Shown here: piece by piece, positions 53,280 to 64,000 of the stretch
Position numbering within the stretch: position 1 is the stretch's first letter
How the letters are laid out: every line of letters begins with the position of its first letter
DNA from: Eledone cirrhosa
Taxonomy: Eukaryota
Direction of reading: 5' to 3'
Assembly (NCBI GenBank): GCA_964016885.1
Contig: OZ024741.1
Location: 303,304,001-303,368,000 of the forward strand
Length of the DNA: 64,000 nucleotides
The notes under the pieces: model-generated
Database searches by the model: none
The model's input: only the letters and a program-made list of their open reading frames with translations
What the model was told of the DNA's origin: nothing
Translations under genes and position numbers: made by a program

Positions 53280-54790
53280 TGATGGATTAGCTGCAATGTT
53301 AGAGAGTTTAGCAAAATATTTTGTAGTGTTTTGTTACTACGCGTTACGATCTGGGTTCAAATCGCGCTGAGATCAATTTTGCCTTTCATCCTTCCAGGGG
53401 CCGTTAAGATATAGTATCACAAAGTTACAGATATTGAATTAATCGATTTTTCCATACTTCTTTAAAATTGCTGGTCTTGTGCAGAAATTAGAAATCATTA
53501 TATGTATGTATGTGTTAGTGGATATGGTGTAGAAGGTAGCGATGATATAAAGGAAAGGTGTATGCTTTGGTTATTTACCATTCTTAATACTCTCGGGTCT
53601 CCAATAATCGACCCCCACCGGCTTATTAATGTTTCAGTTCTCCTCTCGCTCTTATTCCACAGACTCCCCACCACCACCACCCGCCACCACCCGCCGCTTA
53701 TTAAATTTTGTTAATCTATCTCCAGCTACAACTCTCTCTCTCTCTCTCTCGTTCTCCTACCTTCTCTCTTTTTCTCGCACCTTTTCTCTCTCTCTCTCGC
53801 CCTCTCTCCCCTCTCCTCCCCCTACCCCTCTCTCTACGTCAGTTTACAGCTGAATTTTTACATTTCAAACAAACAAATAAATATGTGAAAATGACGCGCC
53901 TAGATGACGTTAACATCTCTCATTAATCTTTCGAACTCTCTCCACCAACCAATATATAATTATTTAGATAATACATTCATTCTCTTAGCCTGCTATTTTC
54001 CATTATATATCGTTCTATTTGTTTTATTCAAGATATATTGCTATTGTTTTTCTTTCCTTTTTCTCCCTTTTTTTTTTGCAAAAGTGTAGAAGGATGACAG
54101 TGACATTTTCTTTTTAAGGGTCTTCTGCGATAGTAGTAATTCATTATGACGCTTTCATCCCATCCTCCTACCCCAAACACAAACTCACATATACCTCTTG
54201 TTTGAAGAATGGTTGAAAGTTAACCGAGATCTGACAATCACAGAGACAACGCCCAATATACCTTCGCCACACCACCACCATCACACCTATCAACACAATT
54301 ACCATCACCTACCACCACCAACACCCCTATCAACACCACTACCACATTGCCATTGTCACCACCACCACAACTATGATCATATGAAAGATATCGTTCGGCC
54401 TGCTAGAAATAGCAGCCAGATTTCCCTTAAACCACTGCCTAACGTCTTAGATAAAGAAAGGACACTTTGGATAAGAATCATAAGAAAACGTAATAGTGAC
54501 GGCTGCAATTTTTTTAAACATGGGTCTGCGCAATAATAGCTAACTTATGTCTAAAGAACAACAAAACATCAGAAAATGAGAATATTTGAAACGAGAATAA
54601 ATATATTTCACAAATTTATTAATCCTTGTATAATAATTGTTTCTTATATAGGCACCAGGCCAGCGAGTTTTGGAAAGGGGAAAGTCGATTAAATCGACTC
54701 CAGTGTGTGACCGGTACCTTATTTTATCGATTCCGTAAGGATGAAAGGCAAAGTTAACCTCGGCGGGATTTGAACTCAGACCGTAAAGGC
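53280..54790. mobile_element. Dominant-family SINE copies (~53280-53495 +, ~54636-54790 -)
   Basis: B box and body motifs. Confidence 0.8.
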
Positions 54791-54928
54791 ATTTATAAAT
54801 AAAGATAATATAATACAGAAACAAATAGATTTGGTGGTATCTTAGCTTTTGTTTCACCACCCCATATATATATATAACTATCTCTCTCTCTCTCTCTCTC
54901 TCTCCCTCTCTCCCTCCCTCCCTCCCTC

Positions 54929-55028
<100 letters not shown>

Positions 55029-55127
55029 GTGTGTTTAATGGTAGCTATGGTGCTTCCATAGGCGGTATGCCAGTTGAGCCAGTTGAGCTAACACCCCAGT
55101 GAGAAAATTTGCTCCGAAAGCATTGCA

Positions 55128-55217
55128 TGTGTCAGAAGAACCAGCAGTTGTAGAATCAGGCAGATCCATACAATGATCATGTCTCAAGCTATCTGCCGGC
55201 GAAACAATTGTAACACG
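55128..55217 (+). ncRNA. Hammerhead motif, core CAGAAGA, long stem II
   Basis: tgtgt CAGAAGA a-ccagcag...ctgccgg-c GAAAC aatt GTA acacg. Confidence 0.58.
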
Positions 55218-55282
55218 AAATAAACTGAGTCTAGATGCATCACTGATTTTTCGTTTTTTATATTATATATATATATATATAT

Positions 55283-55635
55283 CAGGGTCTTTGGAGTAAC
55301 ATTACTCCTCGATAGAGTGAGTAGCTCGGAGACCAGACTGTCGCTCTAGTTAGATCTGCTATTTCTCCCAATTGCGAGGTCACATCTCCGATACTACGGG
55401 CATGGGGTGCGAATGTCTGAGAAAAGAATAGCTGGTTACGGGCAAAACCAACCGGTAGGAGACCCAGAGGTAGGCCCAGAGCAAGATGGCTAGTCTCGCT
55501 TAGGGATCCAGCCGGATAAGTTGAAAACGGTTGCTTTTGACAGAACCCGCTGGAAGGAGTGTTTGAGGACTCTGTCCTCGAGACCCTCTCCGTTAGAAGT
55601 GGGCGAAGTAGAAGAAGACGAAGAAGAAGAAGAAG
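55283..55635 (+). mobile_element. RTE-type LINE 3' fragment, same family as 38983-39226, with (AGA)n tail
   Basis: HLRYYGHGVRMSEKRIA...AKPTGRRPRGRPRARWL. Confidence 0.8.
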
Positions 55636-57050
55636 TGTATATCTAATATTATACATGATAATATTAAACAACAAATACACTTATGCTCCCCAGTCCTTAC
55701 AACATTAAATGTTAAATATTATATACAGTTTATAATAATATTATAATATTAAATATTAGTTATTATTTATCAACTACAGTTTATCAAATCGAATCGCACA
55801 TCTCTCGTTTGCCAGGCGAGTGCGCTAAATATTACACCAAAGACCCGCTGGTCACCAATTCCGTCTTTTTAGAACATTTAAAGCTTGTAACCTGAAGTGT
55901 ATACAAGGCAGTTAATGATTGATTATTATTATGGTCATTTACGCTGGGGCGCCACATTTCAAATATTTCCAGTGCTGCAGGTGTAAAATCTTCTAAAAAA
56001 AAAGAAAAAATGAAGTTGAGGGAAAGTTAACTGCATTAGCAAGTGCATTTTTGATATGCAGTCTTACGAGTCTAAATGTGTTTGGATTGTAGTGTGAGCC
56101 GTCAGCTAGTCCTTACTTCAAAATGTTAGTTGAAGGTTGAGAGAAAAGAGAAGAATATCTCGCAAAATCCTTGATAAATCAATCACATGCAATAGCTATG
56201 AACTTGTCTTTGTGTGGAAATGTGTGTAGAATGTTGGATTCAATTTTGTGTTTGTGGGTATGTGTAAATGTTTAATTTTAAAATTAAATATTATTTCACT
56301 TTCCGAACAAGATGGATGGATAACATTCATGAGCTCAGCTACTTTCGTTTGAGCATACACGCGGATTAATTGGAGACAGTTACTTCTGACATTCGCTGGA
56401 AGGTGTGCTTGAGGTCTCATGCACTCCCACGACAATCTCAGGAATAAGTGGAAGAAGAAGAAGAAGAAGAAGAAGAAAATATGTTGGTTGTGTGTTGGGT
56501 TATGTTTTTAATTTTTCAATTTTAGAAGGTTGTTTTGTTGATGGAAGGCTGTTTTCTAACGTCGCGTTGTCACCAATTTAGCATAGGAAATGTTGATTTA
56601 TTTTTCGATATGCTGTAGTGTGTAGTACATGTTGATTGGTATGGGGAAATCTATCACAACCAACTTTGAACTGAAACACACAAACAAGGAAACGAAGCAG
56701 CTAAATTAGATACTTTATTTATGCCATGGAATGCGACAAATCCATGCGGTTAATATGAACTTTAAAAAGATTAAAATAACCGTGAGTGTTTCGTCAACAC
56801 GGTACTAAATGTAGTGTTCATAGATAAGAGTATTTTGTTGTGAGGGGTTGGAATTTGTGAGGGAATGTGTGCACACAGAAATGTTGGTTGAGATAAGATA
56901 TTGCTTTGGTGACGGAAGATTTACTGACTTGAATAGCATGACCCGACTGTAGAGGTGCCGTAATGACCAGCGACTGATACACACAGTCGTCGGGTGTAAA
57001 CTGAGCAGTAGAGTAAGATGAAAAGAGGTTTTTGACAGGAGAGTCTTGGC

Positions 57051-57158
57051 TTAGAATCCGTGATAGCTATTTCCGGTTATTTTGGTCAAATCCGTAGATT
57101 CACCTGTGATAATTTCGCTACACCTACCACTCACCTCCACACACACACAACACACACA

Positions 57159-57196
<38 letters not shown>

Positions 57197-57299
57197 TGTG
57201 TGTGTGTGTGTGTTTGTGTGTGTAGGTGAGTGGTAGGTGTAGCGAAATTATCACAGGTGAATCTACAGATATGACCGGAAATAGCTATCACGGATTCTA

Positions 57300-57300
<1 letters not shown>
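57051..57300. repeat. Palindrome with a (CA)n(TA)n(TG)n centre
   Basis: ttagaatccgtgatagctatttccgg...gctacacctaccactcacct and its reverse complement. Confidence 0.88.
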
Positions 57301-57383
<83 letters not shown>

Positions 57384-57540
57384 GTATATACCATTTATGT
57401 TGTGTGGTTTTATCAATGGGTAGATCTGGTCATTTCAGTTAGCAATCCATTATGTAATAGTTAAAAGGACTCGACGTTATGCAAATCATCCATCGTTGAT
57501 GTGGTATCTCGTGACTGGTGCAGGAATGGAGTTATATATT

Positions 57541-57710
57541 TATTTAAAAGCAACAGAAGGCTGGACTGGAAATATTCTTTTAATGTTGCATATCCCTATC
57601 GCCTAGTCATAATCTGATGATGTAACTAGGCCATAGAAATACGTATTGTGTTTTTGCAACATTGAAAGAATATTTCGAGTCTCCGGCATTCTGTTGTTTT
57701 TAAGTAAATA
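57541..57710. repeat. Diverged ~50-bp inverted repeat around a weak HHR-like motif
   Basis: Arms ~57541-57590 / 57655-57710. The spacer has CTGATGA...GAAAT ac GTA. Confidence 0.55.
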
Positions 57711-57714
57711 CGAC

Positions 57715-57786
<72 letters not shown>

Positions 57787-57831
57787 GTAAGGGTTTCTTA
57801 TATGAATTTTCTATGTTTATTTTAGCTTTTG

Positions 57832-57889
57832 CCGTCTGAAGACCTCAGGCTATCATAACTGATAGTCCTCAGCAAAATATGTATAACGG
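57832..57889 (+). ncRNA. Decayed type I hammerhead motif
   Basis: ccgt CTGAAGA ...ggctatc-ataact-gatagtc...c AAAATA tg TATA acgg. G12 appears lost by CpG decay. Confidence 0.5.
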
Positions 57890-58593
57890 AGTTTTAAATA
57901 AACCTGAATCAACTGAATATGACCTCTGATCGTTTATATATATTTATATATTGTTATACTTGGGGAGGGTCATATTGTTGCAATAATTGTTTCTACTTTT
58001 GGCACAAGGCCACCAATTATCCCAGTGCATTACTGGTACTTTATTTTATCGACCCCGTAAGGATGAAAGGCGTGTGTCTGTGCGTGTATGCGTGTGGAGG
58101 TCGATTTAGGTTAAAACCCCATCTCGATTGTATTGTAAACATTTATGCTGTGACTTCAACATTTAAAATGTTTGCTCTATTCTAATCAATGAGGCTTACC
58201 ACTGAATGAATCAGTGCACTTATACACCTAGCATTAAATAGGTACTCAGCTGGGGAAAAGTTCACTAATATATATATATAGGTGATAAAAGAAACAAAAC
58301 AAACACAGGTATAAATTTAATTATATACATGTGTATATATATATATCTAAGGAAGAAAGTGTGGTAAGGAACCAGGTGGACCATAACGCACCAGCATACT
58401 CGATGTGTGTGTCAGTGTCTGTCTGTCTACGTACACAATGCTAGTTATAGCTTCTAAATACAATACAATATTGTATATGTTTGTATATTCATGCATTTAT
58501 AAGCATATATAAGCTTAATACGCTTTAGTGTGTCTACGAATAGATATACACACAATTACACGCTTCTATATATTCGAATATGACTATATAAAC

Positions 58594-58638
<45 letters not shown>

Positions 58639-58841
58639 GTGTGTGGGTGTGTGCGTGTGTGTAGATGTAAGCAGCCATTGTGATGCAACATTCACTGGTG
58701 ATCAACTTTGCGTGAAAGTCAGAATTGCGAAGTTTATGCATTACTTTCCCCCTTCTTATAGTTTATACAAGTCATCATTCACACATATGCACGCATGCAC
58801 ATACTACTACTCCTTTATACACACACACACGGGCTCACATA

Positions 58842-58893
<52 letters not shown>

Positions 58894-59352
58894 TCATAGA
58901 GCGAGCAGCACTACGCAACACATATATTTCTATACTTCAATACTACAACGGTACTTATCTCCCCTTTATCTCACTGCCCCCAAGCAGGTGGCGTCTTTTT
59001 CATTGCTCTCTGTAAGCTTCAGTCTATCTCCTACAGACGCCATACTTTATACTTTATAAGGCTTTGATGCATAAAACGTGAAGGTGAGGCGCTAAGGGGT
59101 TATGGTCTTGATAGTAAAGTTGTGATTTCGATTCCCAACGACACGTTACATCCTTGAACAAGACATTTTATTTCACGTTGCTCCAATCCACTCAACTCAA
59201 ACAAAAAGAGTTTTACCTGTGATGTGGAGATGAAAACTAAAATAAGCGCAAGAAATGTTCGAAGACAGACCAGACACACAAAAAATAAATAAAACTGAAA
59301 CCACTAAGAACTATTAAGGGAACTAATCACCGAATAATTAACAAGAAACAGC

Positions 59353-59401
<49 letters not shown>

Positions 59402-59418
59402 TCTCTCTCTCTCTCTCC

Positions 59419-59452
<34 letters not shown>

Positions 59453-59453
59453 G

Positions 59454-59492
<39 letters not shown>

Positions 59493-59494
59493 GT

Positions 59495-59750
59495 TTATCC
59501 TGGGTTCAATCGGAGGTAACCACAGTAAATAAGGTACCCAATACTTAGCAGAGTATAGATATATCGATTACTATAAATACTAGTTTAGAAAATCGTATAT
59601 ATATATATATATATATAATCATCAGGAAAGCCCTGATGATTTCCTCCGAACGAAACAGTTCTAGTCCTGTAGAAGCCATTTCTATATTGAATATCTATAT
59701 ATATATATATATATACCCGATTTTCCCAACTATTATTTACAGTAATCGAC
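59495..59750. mobile_element. pLTR fragments of the 30387 family; HHR core at 59633-59677 with a fold-back just upstream
   Basis: aatcatcagg-aaagc-cCTGATGAtttcctccgaac GAAAC agttctagtcct GTA gaagcc. Confidence 0.72.
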
Positions 59751-60742
59751 TGTGGTTGTAGTTATTTGATGCGCTCGGGTTTCTCAAATTTCCCCCTCTC
59801 CCCCCTCTCTCTCACACATACAGACTCACATACATACATACATACATACACATATATATATGTAAATATGTGTTATCGTTCATATATATATATACACACA
59901 CACATATATAAGAATGTGTGTGGGTGAGTGTGTTTCTATAAATGCATATAAGCATAAATAACTAATGATTGTGTATGTATGTATGTATGTATGTATGTAT
60001 GTATGTATGTATGTATGTATGTATGTATGTATGTATGTATGTATGTTTGTATGTATGTATGTTTGTTTGTATGTATGTATGATGTATGTTTGTATGTTTG
60101 TATGAATGTATGTATGTATGTATGCATGTTTGTATGTATGTGTATGTGTATGAATGAATGTGTGTATGAATGAATGTATGTATGTATGTATCTATGTGTG
60201 TATGTATGTATGTATGTATGCATGTATGCATGTATGTATGTTTGCATGCATGAATGTATGTATGGGAGTGTGTTTTGTCCGAACCTTCTCATTTAATACT
60301 TTTCCATTTACTCTTCTCCCACCTCTCCATCTCTCGCTCTCTCTGATTTTCCTTTCATGTGTGTGGACCTTTTCATCTATTTCTGCCCACCCAACTCATT
60401 CTTCTTTTCTACCAAAATCTTATTGTATTTTTCTTTAATCTTCTTTACACCATAACGCCGCTTTCTCTCTTTTCTGTTTTCTTTTAAATTTATTTTTGCT
60501 GAAATATATATTTTAATACATTTTTTAATGTAAAATTGATGTATGTGAATTTTCTGTGTGTAACTTCTTAGGTCATTAAAAATAATATTGAATTCGTTTA
60601 AAATATCGACAGGATAATAGGACTATTATATGACACTTAAATAAATTGATTTATCGACTCACTATGTTCTATAAACTGTTGGGTCATCGGAGTATCTTTT
60701 AACCTTTATTTATTTGTTTTACAGTCATTAGGTTGCAATCAT

Positions 60743-60858
60743 TAGGGCCGTCTTAATGCATGAGTACTCTGGGCCCATGCTAACTTAGGTATGTTGGGAC
60801 TTTCTGTCAATAAATAAATGTATTCCCTCTCCAGGTTTGAACACACGAATTCTTCCCG

Positions 60859-60952
<94 letters not shown>

Positions 60953-61740
60953 TGGAGGGAGAGAAAGTGGCAAATATATATAGAGAAAGAATCGACCCCC
61001 TGTACTGGTACATTTTTATCGACCTTGAAACGATGAAAACCAAAGTCGACCCAGTGGGTTTTGCACTTGGCGCTTACTTTCTAACAACTTTGCTAATTCG
61101 TCACTTTTACTAAACGAAACTATAAATATTTGTTATTGGTAACAAATTATTGGAAAAATGCATATTTAACATGTGTGTTTTACTAAACATAATGAACAAT
61201 ATTAATGTTAATTACTATAATATGTAAACATTTATCATTCACTTCTGATTTAATATCACGGTCACCTATGCAGCTAGACGTGCATGTATGTATACATACC
61301 TCACGGACTACATAACATAAAAGCGTATATAAAAGTGCCGAGGGTCGTTATGCTTGATCTGGACAGTGGGGTTAGCTCCGGCTGGCTTACAAAATGGCTC
61401 AAATCGGTTGTGTTTATCACCTCAGCTGGCCAAACTCTCTCCCATGCATCCATCTCGCGGCACTGGCCCCACCAAATTAGGTTGGGTGTGAAAGTGGGAC
61501 CTCGGCGTTATAACCGATGCAATGCTTGGATTGCACTAAGCGAAAGTGCATATACTTGCTGTTGGGCACCGCTTTTGAAACCAATCGCTTGAAGAAACTC
61601 CATTGAAATGAACTTACATCGTGAATACCTTTGATGGAACAGGCTCAACCCGCTCCGGGTGAACGCCGCCACAAGTAAAAATTAGGGGCCCCAGTGCATT
61701 GCTTTGACTGAGAGCCAATAATGCTGTTAAGATGACTCTG
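60743..61740. mobile_element. Old non-autonomous hAT-like DNA transposon nested in a SINE
   Basis: Termini TAGGGCCGTCTTAA and TTAAGATGACTCTG (reverse complement CAGAGTCATCTTAA). The 8-bp flanks gcaatcat / gtggttat differ only by transitions. Subterminal GGGCCC motifs. Confidence 0.55.
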
Positions 61741-62189
61741 GTGGTTATGCTGGGCCTATTAGAGCATTTCAATCTGAAAAGGAGGAAAGGAAAAGTCGAA
61801 TCCTCGGAAGGATTTAATCTCAGAATGTAAAGAAATTAAATATACTAGCAGAAAAACCACCCTTCGAGTGGTACATCAAATAAAATCGTAATTGACAATA
61901 TGCACAGAAATTGAAGAGAGACTGTTACACCGTCTTCTGTAATCAGTAAATTAATCCAGGATACATTAAAAAAAGACGATATTATATATAAACTGCATTA
62001 CGGTGAAATGTAATGAAAACGAAAAAAGAGAAAATTAGCGACAGAAATGTAAACGTTATGATATAACGATGCAAATATATGAACATTTATATAAGTGATG
62101 TGATATAGCGTCCGTTATATTATAAGCGGAAGTATTGACATTTGAAAATTTTGAAAGAAGTTAATCTTAAAATAAGTAATCATTATCTC

Positions 62190-62345
62190 TAAGGCGGGTA
62201 AAATTCCCGAGATCCATGGACGAGTTCTCTCCAGCGGTCTCTGTCCCTCATTATCGCTGCCATGTCCTGCGTCTTCAACAGACCAGTGTCTGTCCTTAGG
62301 GCATCAACATACGTTAACCTTGGTCTTCCTCTTCTAGTGTGTCCA
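62190..62345 (-). mobile_element. RTE LINE 3' fragment (family of 9416 and 17862)
   Basis: Reverse complement of ggacacactagaagg...tttacccgcc. Confidence 0.88.
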
Positions 62346-62410
62346 GTGGATTGTGATGGTCAATTACTTTATGTCAATTAATCAGGTAGCTATTTTTTAT
62401 TCGGTCTAAG

Positions 62411-62504
<94 letters not shown>

Positions 62505-62544
62505 CAGCAGCAGCATTATCCCAGATTTTGGGACATTATTTCAT

Positions 62545-63060
62545 GGTGGATTGGCAGTACCGGTAGAGGGTCGGACGCCATGCTTTGATGCATAGAGTTA
62601 CGGTCCTTGCCATTCTGAGTTCAAATCCCGCCTAGGTTTACTTTGCCTTTCATCCTTACGAGGTCGATAAAATAAAGTTCCAGTAATGCACTGGGTAATT
62701 GCTGGCCTTGTGCCAAAAGTAGAAACAATTATTTCATGGTTAACTTTGCCTTTTATCCTCACGGGGTCGATGAAATAAAGCACCAGTAATGCATTGGGGT
62801 CGATTTAATCAACTTTCCCCTCCCCTCAAATTGTGGGCCTTGTGCCTATTCTAGAACCAATTATTTCTCTGAGTCTCAATTGTGTTTTGTATAAGATTAA
62901 CAATAGGCGCTGAATTAGCAGAATGGTTAGAACATCGAAGAGAATGTTGCATGTTATTTATTCCGGGCTCTCTGCACTCTAAGTTCAAATCTTATCGAGG
63001 TCGACTTTGCCTTTCATCCTTTCGATGTCGATAAACAAAAGTGCCAGTCCAGTACTGAGC
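62545..63060 (+). mobile_element. Three dominant-family SINE copies or fragments
   Basis: TGGCAGTACCGG A box, GAGTTCAAATCC B box, shared body. Confidence 0.85.
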
Positions 63061-63199
63061 TGATTCTTCCTCTCTATGTCTTTCTCACTTCCTCTGTCAC
63101 TCTCCCTTTCCTTCTCGGGAGTAAATCGGAAGTGTTCAGATCTGGAGAAGGGATGTGCTCCGCTGGTTTTTCAAATATCCAAGATATGTCGGGTGTCAC

Positions 63200-64000
63200 T
63201 ATGATAACCTCACGACTCAATGAAGAGTTAAGGGTTTATGCATAGAGTTAGTAATTTTTTGAAATAGAAGTATTTTCTGAAGAGCACGGTCTGAAGAGTA
63301 AGGTCTATAAATTTTATGCAGTCTTTGCTATGTTGAGATTACCACTAATGGTGAGTCCTATTACTTCTCGTGACTTTGAGGGATCTAGAAAGTTCTATAG
63401 GTTGGTGAGTACACCACTGTTTTCTTTATTTGTGTAGAGATTTTGTCAGTATCCAGGTAAAGGGGACAAGATTGGCATGACCCCATTGGAGATTGATTTT
63501 GAGGTCTCTGATTATAGAGACAGTACAGGTTGGTGGGAGCTAATTAAGTTACATGTGAATGACGTTTGGGTGCAGCAGGTTAGGTAAGCATGATATCAGC
63601 TGCATGGGAGTGAGCATTGTTGAAGGTAACAGCAAGTATGTCTTTGGTGTATAGGAAAGTGTGGGAAGATTGCAACAGCGGTGATAAAGCGTGGATCAAA
63701 GAGAACGAGAGAAGGGAATATAGAGAAACGGGAGAAATATGAGAGGAGAGAGAGAAGGGAAGAGAGAGTGGGAATAGAGAGCGTAAAAGAGAGAAAGGAA
63801 TATCGTCAGCACAATCTGCGGTTGTAACTAACAGGAAACCTTTAAATCGAAAGACGGGAGATGGATAGAGCCTATAGACAGGCAATTTAGAGTATTTGCT
63901 TGCCTGATACGATCGAATGCTTAGCTGATGTCAAGTTCAATGAGACTGTTTTCGCCACATTTCTGAATGGTGAGGTTTCATTGATTAGTAACATAGGAGA
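63200..64000 (-). pseudogene. Possible highly decayed LINE endonuclease region
   Basis: Only loose motifs: VYRLYP, and TFNNAHS resembling GDFNAHS. Confidence 0.3.

Noticed and set aside
61330-61700. GC-richer stretch as a twister or HDV ribozyme or other ncRNA; 102-aa ORF
   Set aside because: Only small hairpins with no full consensus. It lies within the hAT-like element.

Overview
This is AT-rich animal genomic DNA with no intact host protein-coding gene that I can support. The huge (TA)n tracts and the dominant tRNA-headed SINE family suggest an octopus or other coleoid cephalopod (inference). Almost all short ORFs in the track are microsatellite translations. Real coding remnants are all retroelements: a near-full-length CR1-group LINE (11.2-15.4 kb), a Neptune-type Penelope-like element (PLE) with an open 578-aa RT+GIY-YIG frame (19.85-21.6 kb, minus), two GIY-YIG fragments of a second PLE clade, and Tx1/L1, RTE and CR1-like 3' ends. 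The main hidden signal is about 17 complete or near-complete type I hammerhead ribozyme (HHR) motifs from roughly a dozen unrelated sequence families, found by manual folding. They sit in short islands within (TA)n, often in inverted repeats or perfect palindromes whose fold-back point lies in or next to the ribozyme. Several have recurrent non-canonical cores (CCGAAGA, CAGAAGA). Other observations: a ~840-bp near-identical inverted duplication 52 kb apart, a twin-priming-like RTE insertion, a hAT-like element nested in a SINE, and candidate minus-strand host exons at 46-50 kb. All structures were read by eye, so coordinates are approximate to a few bases.
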